Program-made: the position numbers and the translations under genes
Notes under the pieces: generated by a model
The model's database searches: none
What the model was told of the DNA's origin: nothing
Seen by the model: the letters and a program-made list of their open reading frames with translations, nothing else
Part shown: positions 46,544-56,900 of the stretch, piece by piece
Layout: every line of letters begins with the position of its first letter
Numbering within the stretch: the first letter of the stretch is position 1
From: Macrostomum lignano
Lineage: Eukaryota
Length of the DNA stretch: 64,000 nt
Direction: 5' to 3'
Assembly: GCA_002269645.1 (NCBI GenBank)
Contig: NIVC01001848.1
Coordinates: forward strand, 62,001-126,000

Positions 46544-49500
46544 ATGGGTGTTTGCAGTTGTTGCACCTCCTGCCTGGCCAAGAGCATTCTGGGCATCGTC
46601 AACTCCGTGTTCATGGTGAGATGCTTCTGGGTTTGCTAACCCAGAAACTGTTTGCTAAGAAAGTACACCGGTAACTTTACGGGAATCAAATCAAGTTACC
46701 GGTTAAATTTCAGTACAAAACCAGCACAAAAATAGGGCATTCTGTATTAGCGCACATGTTTGGCAGAATTAGTCAACAGGATCAGGGTTCTTCCAGATAA
46801 CAGGTCTCTTGGAAGAATACAAATTAATTATTGATTGCACGTGTCCCAATTAGGCCAGATGTGCAACCGACAGCTCAGCCGCAGCTATATTGCACGGCGC
46901 ATCTGAAGGCTGCGTGCGGCTGTTCAGTCCAAGGACTGGGGGGTCGCCACACAGCCTCAATTACCCCAGCTAATGCTGGCATCCATTTTACAGCTGGGTG
47001 AACTGAAGCAATGCAGAGTTAAGTGTCTTGCTCAAGGATACGAATTGTTATGAGTGGGTCGAGAATCGAACCCCCGACCTTTCAGTCGTGAGTCCCACGC
47101 TCTGACCACAAGGCTAGAATGCCCAACAACGAATAATAGAGTGCTATATGGGCAAAAGCCAATTCCAATGCTTTCAGCTATCTTTCATGTAAACTATTGC
47201 TTACATTGCATTCGCAACCGCACCGCAGACTGTGGGCATTTTGCTTACAATATTCGGCGCACTATTCTACTGGGGCCAGCAGGCTGTGTACAACTGGATC
47301 AGCTCTATGCTGGCCAAGTCTGATGTCGGCTCAACTAGGCAGATTTCGCTTGAAGAAATCCAGGCTGTGCTGGGCGCCTGGTCCCGGTACTTGAGTGAGT
47401 ACGCTCATAGCTCGTATATAGCTCGTAACTCGTGCATACCGTGGGATCTTTACTGAGCAGGTATTAATAAATTGCAGCTTACGCCGGAGTGATTCTGTTC
47501 GGCCTGGGAATTGCGCTAGTCGGTCTGGCTATAATTGGCTACATTGGCATGTGCTGCGAGTTCAAAGTTCTTGTCATCGCTGTGAGTTCATCTACGCCAT
47601 TTGTTTACAAATGCATTTCCTATTTACAGGTCTATAAGTTAATAGTCCAAGGACTGGGGAGTCGCCACACACCCTCAATTACCCCAGTTAATGCTGGCAG
47701 CTGGGTGAACCGAAGCAATGCAGAGTTAAGTGTCCTGCTCAAGGACACAAATTGTTCCAGTAGGATTGGGAATCGAACCCCCGACCTTCAAGTTATGAGT
47801 CCGACGCTTTAACTATTAGGCCACAACCCCTACAGCTTGTAGCTCGTAGTATACGTTGTAATTAAGCTAATCAAGGAAGTCATCTTACATGACTTTCAAT
47901 CCTACATGACTTTCAATCCTACATGACTTCCAATCCTACATGACTTCCAACCCTACATGACTTCCTTGATCACGTTTCAACTTCGAGACTGTAGTGATCC
48001 GCTAGTTGATGTTAGGCGTCCCACTTTGTCAGCAGTCTTCCTCGCCCTCGCCCTGGGTTGCTGTCTGCCGCTGGTCAGCTTCCCGCCCCCTTGGCCCGTC
48101 TGTTGCTGCCCTTGGCCTTGGCCCTTCTGCGTCTCTGTTCTCAGCCCTCAGCTTCTCTGCTGTGGGCTGTCTCTGTTTCGTTCCCGTCCCGTTTTCCTCT
48201 GTCATGTGAGCAAGTCACATGACAGACTCTGCGTTCTTCGAGTCCTAAAGTGCAGTAAACATGTTTACTGCACTCGTTGGCCCTGTTTACCGGGAGAATC
48301 ACGTGCTTTCGGAACCCTCCCTTCTCTAAGGAGAGGAGTGACTCATGTTGCTAAAAATAGCAACTGAGTCACAGCCGCGTGTACTCTGGCCGGAGACCTC
48401 AAGTGACGTCAGTTCTAAAAATAGAACAAGTCACGAGGTCTTGTGCGTGGGTGTTTCCCGGCTATAAATAGGACCCCTCTCCCCTTGTTTCCGTCAAGGA
48501 ATGGCTTCTTATCTGCGGAGAATTCACTAAGAACCCGTGTGCGTCAGTGTCTAACTAAGTGCCCTTTGCGTACTGAATCCGTTTGTACTGGTCTGACTGA
48601 GACCCCACTAAAGCACAAGCCTAAGGGAGGCTAACACTGCCTTCCCAGCCACCCCTGAGCCCGGCGGGGATCTGATGATCAGGACGCCTTGTTCATTAAT
48701 CTGCAAATCTGCACGCTGTGCTGAGTTCGTTGACTTGTTTATTTCGTTCCGACGGGAAGCTCACCTCATCGAAGGCCGAGACCTGAAGGAACTGGTGGCA
48801 GCACTACCTACGCTACTGAGAGTTGAGAGAACTTCCCACTGAAGAGGCTCGAGTCTTAAAGTAATCCGCAAGGGCCTAATCCGGGAAGCAAACAGCCTGT
48901 ACTTCAAGACCCATGGACAAGAACCACAAAGTTTAATTTAATAGGGATGAGTGCTACTGGGTTAATGGTTAATGTCCATGTACATATACTTTAGCGAATT
49001 TTGTTAAACAAAACCATGAGGTACAATTTTATTTTGACCATAATTTAAAACAGCAGTGGACAATCAGTCTTCAAAAACGATTATTTTTATTGCACATCAA
49101 CTGAAAATGTAGTTATTTGAACTGTCATAGCAAGACACCAGTTGGTCTATAGAAGCATCTGTTGATAAAAGCATGCACAGAACAGATAAGCTATCGGTGG
49201 ACACAATGACATCTCGACCTACTTTCCATTGTCCCAGTACACTGTGACAGTCGGCGCCTTCGGTGTTGGCTGCATCGGCGTCGTGATCAGCTACGGCGTA
49301 TTCAAAAAGGACATGGTGCACTTTGGCAGGACTGAGATGCTCAAACTGCTGCGTCAGCGATATAATAATAGCGGAACGCCGAATGAGTTCACTACGATTT
49401 TGGATCTGATTCAGGCTCGGGTGAGCTTCATAACTGAAGTGGCACAATGTCGCGACAAGAAAATTCCGACTCTTAGTGTGAACTGTAGTACTGAATTGTT

Positions 49501-52500
49501 GTGGCTGTAGTGTGTCATGATTTGATGGCTGTGTGGAATGGGGGACTGCAGTGTGGGTGTGGGACAGCATTGTGGGGTGGTGGGACAGCAGTGTGGGTGT
49601 AAAACAGCAGTGCGGGATATGAGACAGCATTGTGGGGTGGTGGGACAGCAGTGTGGGATTTGGGACAGCAGTGTGGGATGTGGGACATCAGTCTGGGATT
49701 TGGGACAGCAGTGTGGGATATGTACAGCAGTGTGGGATATGGTACAGCAGTGTGGGATATGGGGCAGTAGTGTGGGATATGTACAGAAGTGTGGGATATG
49801 ATACAGCAGTGTGGGATATGGGACAGCAGTGTGGGATATGATACAGCAGTGTGGGATATGATACAGCAGTGTGGGATATGTACAGCAGTGTGGGATATGG
49901 TACAGCAGTGTGGAATATTATACAACAGTGTGGGATATGATACAGCAGTATGGGATATTATAAAGCAGTGTGGGATGTGATACAGCAGCGTGGGATATGG
50001 GACAGCAGTGTGGAATGTGGGACAGCAGTGTGGGATATGGGACAGCAGTGTGGGATATGATACAGCAGTGTGGGATATGATACAGCAGTGTGGGATATGG
50101 GACAGCAGTGTGGAATGTGGGACAGCAGTGTGGGATGTGGGACAGCAGTGTGGGATATGGGACAGCAGTGTGGGATATGATACAGCAGTGTGGGATATGA
50201 TACAGCAGTGTGGGATATGATACAGCAGTGTGGAATGTGGGACAGCAGTGTGGGATATGGGACAGCAGTGTGGGATATGATACAGCAGTGTGGGATGTGA
50301 TACAGCAGTGTGGGATATGAGACAGCAGTGTGGAATGTGGGACAGCAGTGTGGGATATGAGACAGCAGTGTGGGATATGATACAGCAGTGTGGGATATGG
50401 TACAGCAGTGTGGGATATGTACAGCAGTGTGGAATGTGGGACAGCAGTGTGGAATATTATACAACAGTGTGGGATATGATACAGCAGTATGGGATATTAT
50501 AAAGCAGTGTGGGATGTGATACAGCAGCGTGGGATATGGGACAGCAGTGTGGAATGTGGGACAGCAGTGTGGGATATGGGACAGCAGTGTGGGATATGAT
50601 ACAGCAGTGTGGGATATGATACAGCAGTGTGGGATATGGGACAGCAGTGTGGAATGTGGGACAGCAGTGTGGGATGTGGGACAGCAGTGTGGGATATGGG
50701 ACAGCAGTGTGGGATATGATACAGCAGTGTGGGATATGATACAGCAGTGTGGGATATGATACAGCAGTGTGGAATGTGGGACAGCAGTGTGGGATATGGG
50801 ACAGCAGTGTGGGATATGATACAGCAGTGTGGGATGTGATACAGCAGTGTGGGATATGAGACAGCAGTGTGGAATGTGGGACAGCAGTGTGGGATATGAG
50901 ACAGCAGTGTGGGATATGATACAGCAGTGTGGGATATGGTACAGCAGTGTGGGATATTATACAGCAGTGTGGGATATGTACAGCAGTGTGGGATGTGGGA
51001 CAGCAGTATGGGATATGGGACAGCAGTATGGGATGTGGTACAGCAGTGTGGGATATGGGACAGCAGTATGGGATGTGGTACAGCAGTGTGGGATATGGGA
51101 CAGCAGTATGGGATATGGGACAGCAGTATGGGATATGGGACAGCAGTATGGGATATGGGACAGCAGTATGGGATGTGGTACAGCATGCATCTTAAAGCGC
51201 CCCTGATAAGTGCATGTACAATATTTGAGTCGCACATGAATGACTGGAGCGATTGCCATTGCATTTTCCAATGCAAACAAATTCCAGATGCCGTGCTGCG
51301 GAGTCGATAACTACACAGACTTCTACAATGCCACTGGCTGGAATAGGACTTACATTCAAGACAAAGTCGAGTACAGTGAGTATACCCCGGGCAAGCGTGT
51401 TAGTTGTCGCTATTTTACAAAATTTTTTTAGAAACTAACTGATTTTACCTGGCATTTTGCAGACCTAACGGCCCCGATCTCCTGCTGCATGATCACTGGC
51501 CCCTCTATGCGACCCGACTATCCTGAGTGCGTCTCGGCGCCCAACTCCAACAATAGCAACTATATGGTTGGTGGTTGCTATGGCAAACTGTGGGCAATGT
51601 TTGATAATTATTCGGCTTACACTATGTACGCATTGGGAGTCACAGCGGCTGTATGCGTGAGTGATCTTTGTTATGCAAAATGGCTTGCCCGAATACCGCA
51701 TCTGCATCTGCTCTGCTTCTGCTCTGCTTCTGCTCTGCTTCTGCTCTGCTTCTGCTCTGCTTCTGCTCTGCTTCTGCTCTGCTTCTGCTCTGCTTCTGCT
51801 CTGCTTCTGCTCTGCTTCTGCTCTGCTTCTGCTCTGCTTCTGCTCTGCTTCTGCTCTGCTTCTGCTCTGCTTCTGCTCTGCTTCTGCTCTGCTTCTGCTC
51901 TGCTTCTGCTCTGCTTCTGCTCTGCTTCTGCTCTGCTTCTGCTCTGCTTCTGCTCTGCTTCTGCTCTGCTTCTGCTCTGCTTCTGCTCTGCTTCTGCTCT
52001 GCTTCTGCTCTGCTTCTGCTCTGCTTCTGCTCTGCTTCTGCTCTGCTTCTGCTCTGCTTCTGCTCTGCTTCTGCTCTGCTTCTGCTCTGCTTCTGCTCTG
52101 CTTCTGCTCTGCTTCTGCTCTGCTTCTGCTCTGCTTCTGCTCTGCTTCTGCTCTGCTTCTGCTCTGCTTCTGCTCTGCTTCTGCTCTGCTTCTGCTCTGC
52201 TTCTGCTCTGCTTCTGCTCTGCTTCTGCTCTGCTTCTGCTCTGCTTCTGCTCTGCTTCTGCTCTGCTTCTGCTCTGCTTCTGCTCTGCTTTTGCTCTGCT
52301 TCTGCTCTGCTTCTGCTCTGCTTCTGCTCTGCTTCTGCTCTGCTTCTGCTCTGCTTCTGCTCTGCTTCTGCTCTGCTTCTGCTCTGCTTCTGCTCTGCTT
52401 CTGCTCTGCTTCTGCTCTGCTTCTGCTCTGCTTCTGCTCTGCTTCTGCTCTGCTTCTGCTCTGCTTCTGCTCTGCTTCTGCTCTGCTTCTGCTCTGCTTC

Positions 52501-53227
52501 TGCTCTGCTTCTGCTCTGCTTCTGCTCTGCTTCTGCTCTGCTTCTGCTCTGCTTCTGCTCTGCTTCTGCTCTGCTTCTGCTCTGCTTCTGCTCTGCTTCT
52601 GCTCTGCTTCTGCTCTGCTTCTGCTCTGCTTCTGCTCTGCTTCTGCTCTGCTTCTGCTCTGCTTCTGCTCTGCTTCTGCTCTGCTTCTGCTCTGCTTCTG
52701 CTCTGCTTCTGCTCTGCTTCTGCTCTGCTTCTGCTCTGCTTCTGCTCTGCTTCTGCTCTGCTTCTGCTCTGCTTCTGCTCTGCTTCTGCTCTGCTTCTGC
52801 TCTGCTTCTGCTCTGCTTCTGCTCTGCTTCTGCTCTGCTTCTGCTCTGCTTCTGCTCTGCTTCTGCTCTGCTTCTGCTCTGCTTCTGCTCTGCTTCTGCT
52901 CTGCTTCTGCTCTGCTTCTGCTCTGCTTCTGCTCTGCTTCTGCTCTGCTTCTGCTCTGCTTCTGCTCTGCTTCTGCTCTGCTTCTGCTCTGCTTCTGCTC
53001 TGCTTCTGCTCTGCTTCTGCTCTGCTTCTGCTCTGCTTCTGCTCTGCTTCTGCATTTCTACGTTTTCGTCCTAATGTTTTATAAATATACTAAAATGTAT
53101 TAAAACTAATAATCTTTATTACTATTTTAGTATTTTTAGTAGTTCAATAATATTATGCTCCTAATTCCAATTCCAGGCCTGCATTGTGGTCCTTGCAATT
53201 CTAGTCTTGTGTGACATGTTCGACTGA
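46544..53227 (+). CDS. Tetraspanin paralogue 1, 285 aa; exons 46544-46615, 47229-47394, 47478-47581, 49238-49420, 51288-51375, 51463-51656, 53177-53227
   Basis: Four hydrophobic segments, GYIGMCCE after TM2, and a large loop with CCG, PISCC and GGC (6 Cys). All introns are GT-AG with compatible phases; CDS total 858 nt. Confidence 0.92.
46926..47124 (-). mobile_element. tRNA-derived SINE, family B (CORE-like central domain), copy 1; 3' end may extend to ~46830
   Basis: Minus strand has a tRNA-like head with GGTTCGATTC B box, then TCCTTGAGCAAGACACTTAACTCTGCATTGCTTCAGTTCACCCAGCTGTAAAATGG, which resembles the CORE-SINE domain. A second copy is at 47644-47830. Confidence 0.82.
47644..47830 (-). 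mobile_element. tRNA-derived SINE, family B, copy 2 (tRNA-Met-like head)
   Basis: Head GGGGTTGTGGCCTAATAGTTAAAGCGTCGGACTCATAACTTGAAGGTCGGGGGTTCGATTCCC; body homologous to copy 1. Confidence 0.82.
47884..47965. repeat. 17-bp tandem repeat (CCTACATGACTTTCAAT) x ~5
   Basis: Seen directly. Confidence 0.88.
47990..48817 (+). mobile_element. Probable solo LTR (~828 bp) in tetraspanin-1 intron 3
   Basis: GC-elevated block starting TGTAGTG and ending CGCTACT (imperfect terminal inverted repeat; terminal CA not intact), with TATA box TATAAATA at 48463 and flanks GAGAC / GAGAG (4/5 match). No internal retroelement ORF. Confidence 0.5.
49520..51185. repeat. 20-bp minisatellite (GGGACAGCAGTGTGGGATAT), about 80 copies, with a 539-bp internal duplication
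   Basis: Seen directly. Identical variant strings start at 49990/50529 and 50290/50829. Confidence 0.96.
51708..53052. repeat. Almost perfect 11-bp satellite (CTGCTCTGCTT)n, about 120 copies
   Basis: Seen directly. I noticed only one variant base (C>T at 52291). Confidence 0.98.
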
Positions 53228-53809
53228 TTGCACTGCTGTTTACCAACGGCATGGACAATTTTTTGAAGAACAGTCACCACACTCGCATGCGCCTACTTAT
53301 GCTTGTGCACTTATGAGTAGTAAAAAAGTATATTCGTGTTTTTTCCGAACGGCAATTTTTATTCTTATTCCGATACTGTAAAAACGCGATGAAATTCCTT
53401 GTTAATACGTACGTACCAGCGGATGAACTAGCAGTGTCTCATAATTTGAGTGATGAAAATACTCTCTTTCTCATGCCTCTATTGAATCATAGGCAATGTA
53501 ACCTAGCAGGCCTTGTTAATAAATATTGCTATTTTTTTGTCAAAAAAACCAAAATTGCCAACTAATTGCGCAAATCTGTACGAGTAACTGCATGTGGAGT
53601 TTTCAATTCTGAACTATAACCGTATTCCATTTAGCAGTTAAACTCAATCAGCTATGCTAATGTGACAGTGTTATAATATGCGTATTATACAAAAACTGTA
53701 ATTTAATTATTTACTGGCACATTGCGTTTCTATTTTTTGTCGCTCATAAATGTGTCAGCTGATAGCCGCTCGAAGCGCACTGAAAAAAGCGTTGCTTGCC
53801 TCTTGGCTA

Positions 53810-53823
53810 GTTGCCTTGGTAAC
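53810..53823. promoter_or_regulatory. Candidate RFX X-box GTTGCCTTGGTAAC ~145 bp upstream of the tetraspanin-2 ATG
   Basis: One mismatch to the X-box consensus GTTRCCATGGYAAC, in non-coding, promoter-proximal sequence. Confidence 0.5.
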
Positions 53824-53966
53824 TGGATTGCAAAACTTGCAAAGAAATGATAAGGGAGCGCAGCTTATAATACAGTCGATGAGGCTAAAGATTTTTAGCC
53901 GAGCTAGCTAGCTAAGTATTGCACAGTCCAATAAAACAGAATAGAAGAAAAAAAGCGAATGCTAAA

Positions 53967-56900
53967 ATGGGAATTTGCGGTTGCCTCACTTCAAAATTGG
54001 CAGGGTGCATTTTGTACCTAGTCAGCAGCATCTTCATGGTGAGTGAGGTCGCTTCATTATGGCCCTCTTATATTGCCCTCTTATTTCTCTAAATTTGGAA
54101 TATATTTAATTTAAAGGAACTAATGACAGATTTGTATTGTCTTGCTTGTCTCTCAGTTTGTGTGTATTATGTGTGTAGTGACAGCAATTTGTGTGTATAG
54201 TCTATGGCCCAACTTGCTTGTCTCGCAGTTGAGTGTCACAGACAGCAATATGTGTGTATAGTCTATGGCCCAACTTGCTTGTGTCTCAGTTGAGTGTCAC
54301 AGACAGCAATATGTGTGTATAGTCTATGGCCCAACTTGCTTGTCTCTCAGTTGAGTGTCACAGACAGCAATATGTGTGTATAGTCTATGGCCCAACTTGC
54401 TTGTCTCTCAGTTGAGTGTCACAGACAGCAATATGTGTGTATAGTCTATGGCCCAACTTGCTTGTCTCTCAGTTGAGTGTCACAGACAGCAATATGTGTG
54501 TAGTCTATGGCCCAACTTGCTTGTCTCGCAGTTGAGTGTCACAGACAGCAATATGTGTGTATAGTCTATGGCCCAACTTGCTTGTCTCGCAGTTGAGTGT
54601 CACAGACAGCAATATGTGTGTATAGTCTATGGCCCAACTTGCTTGTCTCGCAGTTGAGTGTCACAGACAGCAATATGTGTGTATAGTCTATGGCCCAACT
54701 TGCTTGTCTCTCAGTTGAGTGTCACAGACAGCAATATGTGTGTAGTCTATGGCCCAACCAGTCTTTTTGTTCTTTTGGCCAGGCTTTCAACATCAACTTC
54801 AAACTTCGGGATGTCCTGTTTTCTTACTTGGCATGACAAGTGCTACAATTAAAATTTTAATGTTTAAGACTGGCATGGTCTTTTGATAGAACGTCTGAAT
54901 ATTAATTTTCTGAAAGTTTGCTTCGCCTCTTTTGGTGTAGCTCTGGTTTTCTACTACTCTACTAGCATCCATTTTTTATCTTCTTATCTTATCGACTCAA
55001 AATCGAGTATGTTAAATGCCAGAAACAGTGTACAGTGAACGAGTGCGCGGTAAGAGGTGTGTTGCTTTCTACAAAATACATTGCCTAAAAACATTTTAAA
55101 TTACGGATGACGGACGCGCATTTCTGTTTTGTACCCCTTCCTTGGTCGAAAATCCATGTCGATAAGATAGCCGTTGGGCTTCGATTATACACACTGAACT
55201 ACTACCGTTTTTATAATTATTCGAAGTAGTAGCAGTAGTAGTGTCAGAGGGGAATTCTACTGCTCATGTGTAGTTGTAGAGTATCAGAGGGGAATTCTAC
55301 CGCTCATATGTAGTTGTAGAGTATCAGAGGGGAATTCTACTGCTCATGTGTAGTTGTAGAGTATCAGAGGGGAATTCCACTGTTCATGTGTAGTTGTAGA
55401 GTATCAGAGGGGAATTCTACTGCTCATGTGTAGTTGTAAAGTATCAGAGGGGAATTCCACTGTTCATGTGTAGTTGTAGAGTATCAGAGGGGAATTCTAC
55501 TGCTCATGTGTAGTTGTAGAGTATCAGAGGGGAATTCCAATGTTTATGTGTAGTTGTAGAGTATCAGAGGGGAATTCTACTGCTCATGTGTAGTTGTAAA
55601 GTATCAGAGGGGAATTCCACTGTTCATGTGTAGTTGTAGAGTATCAAAGGGGAATTCTACCGCTCATATGTAGTTGTAGAGTATCAGAGGGGAATTCTAC
55701 TGCTCATGTGTAGTTGTAGAGTGTCAGAGGGGAATTCTACTGCTCATGTGTAGTTGTAGAGTATCAGAGGGGAATTCTACTATTCATGTGTAGTTATAGA
55801 GTATCAGAGGGGAATTCCACTGTTCATGTGTAGTTGAAGAGCATCAGAGGGGAATTCTACTGCTCATGTGTAGTTATAGAGTATCAGAGGGGAATTCTAC
55901 TGCTCATGTGTAGTTGTAGAGTATCAGAGGGGAATTCTACTATTCATGTGTAGTTGTAGAGTATCAGAGGGGAATTCCACTGTTCATGTGTAGTTGAAGA
56001 GCATCAGAGGGGAATTCTACTGCTCATGTGTAGTTATAGAGTATCAGAGGGGAATTCTACTGCTCATGTGTAGTTGAAGAGCATCAGAGGGGAATTCTAC
56101 TGCTCATGTGTAGTTATAGAGTATTAGAATGGAATTCTACGGCTCGTTTGCTCCTAAGTACGCGTAGTTTCAACTTGTCTCAATGGCATTTTTGTACTCA
56201 ATGCTTAAAAAACTCGCACGGTCCAACGAGCAGACGATCGGAGTTGCCATCGCCGCCCTGGGCTGCGTTCTGCACTTCGGCGGCAACGCGGTCTACCAGG
56301 CCTTCAGCAGTTTGCTCGGGTCAATCGGCAGCACGAATATTGGCGGCGAAATTGTACAGTTGGGCATCCTGGATCTGCAACGCATTTTAGGCAGCTGGTC
56401 GTCAATTATAAGCTACGCTGGTCTTATACTGCTGGGCTTGGGACTGTTTTTCCTTGCTGTTGGCATCTTGGGCTGCATTGGCGCCTGCTGCAACCTCAAG
56501 ACTGTGTTGATTGTGGTGAGTTTGGCTCTCTGTGTTATTTTCATGTCTCCGATTTCCAACTTGTTGGTGCTTCACAGCTCTGTTTACTTCTCCCGAGTTT
56601 GTGTCTCACTTCCACACAGCTTCTCCTGAGTTTGTGTCTTACTTCCACACAGCTTCTCCTGAGTTTGTGTCTTACTTCCACACAGCTTCTCCTGAGTTTG
56701 TGTCTTACTTCCACACAGCTTCTCCCAAGTTTGTCTTACTTCCACAAATCTCCTCCAGAGTTTGTGTCTTACTTCCACACAGCTTCTCCCGAGTTTGTGT
56801 CTTACTTCCACACAGCTTCTCCCGAGTTTGTGTCTTACTTCCACAAATCTCCTCCAGAGTTTGTGTCTTACTTCCGCAAGTCTTATTCTGAGTTTGTGTC

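Noticed and set aside
51574-51588. X-box-like GTTGCTATGGCAAAC
   Set aside because: It encodes the conserved tetraspanin GCYGK segment in exon 6.
51489-53103. ORFs of 468-531 aa on both strands
   Set aside because: They are translations of the 11-bp satellite. Only 51463-51656 is a real exon.
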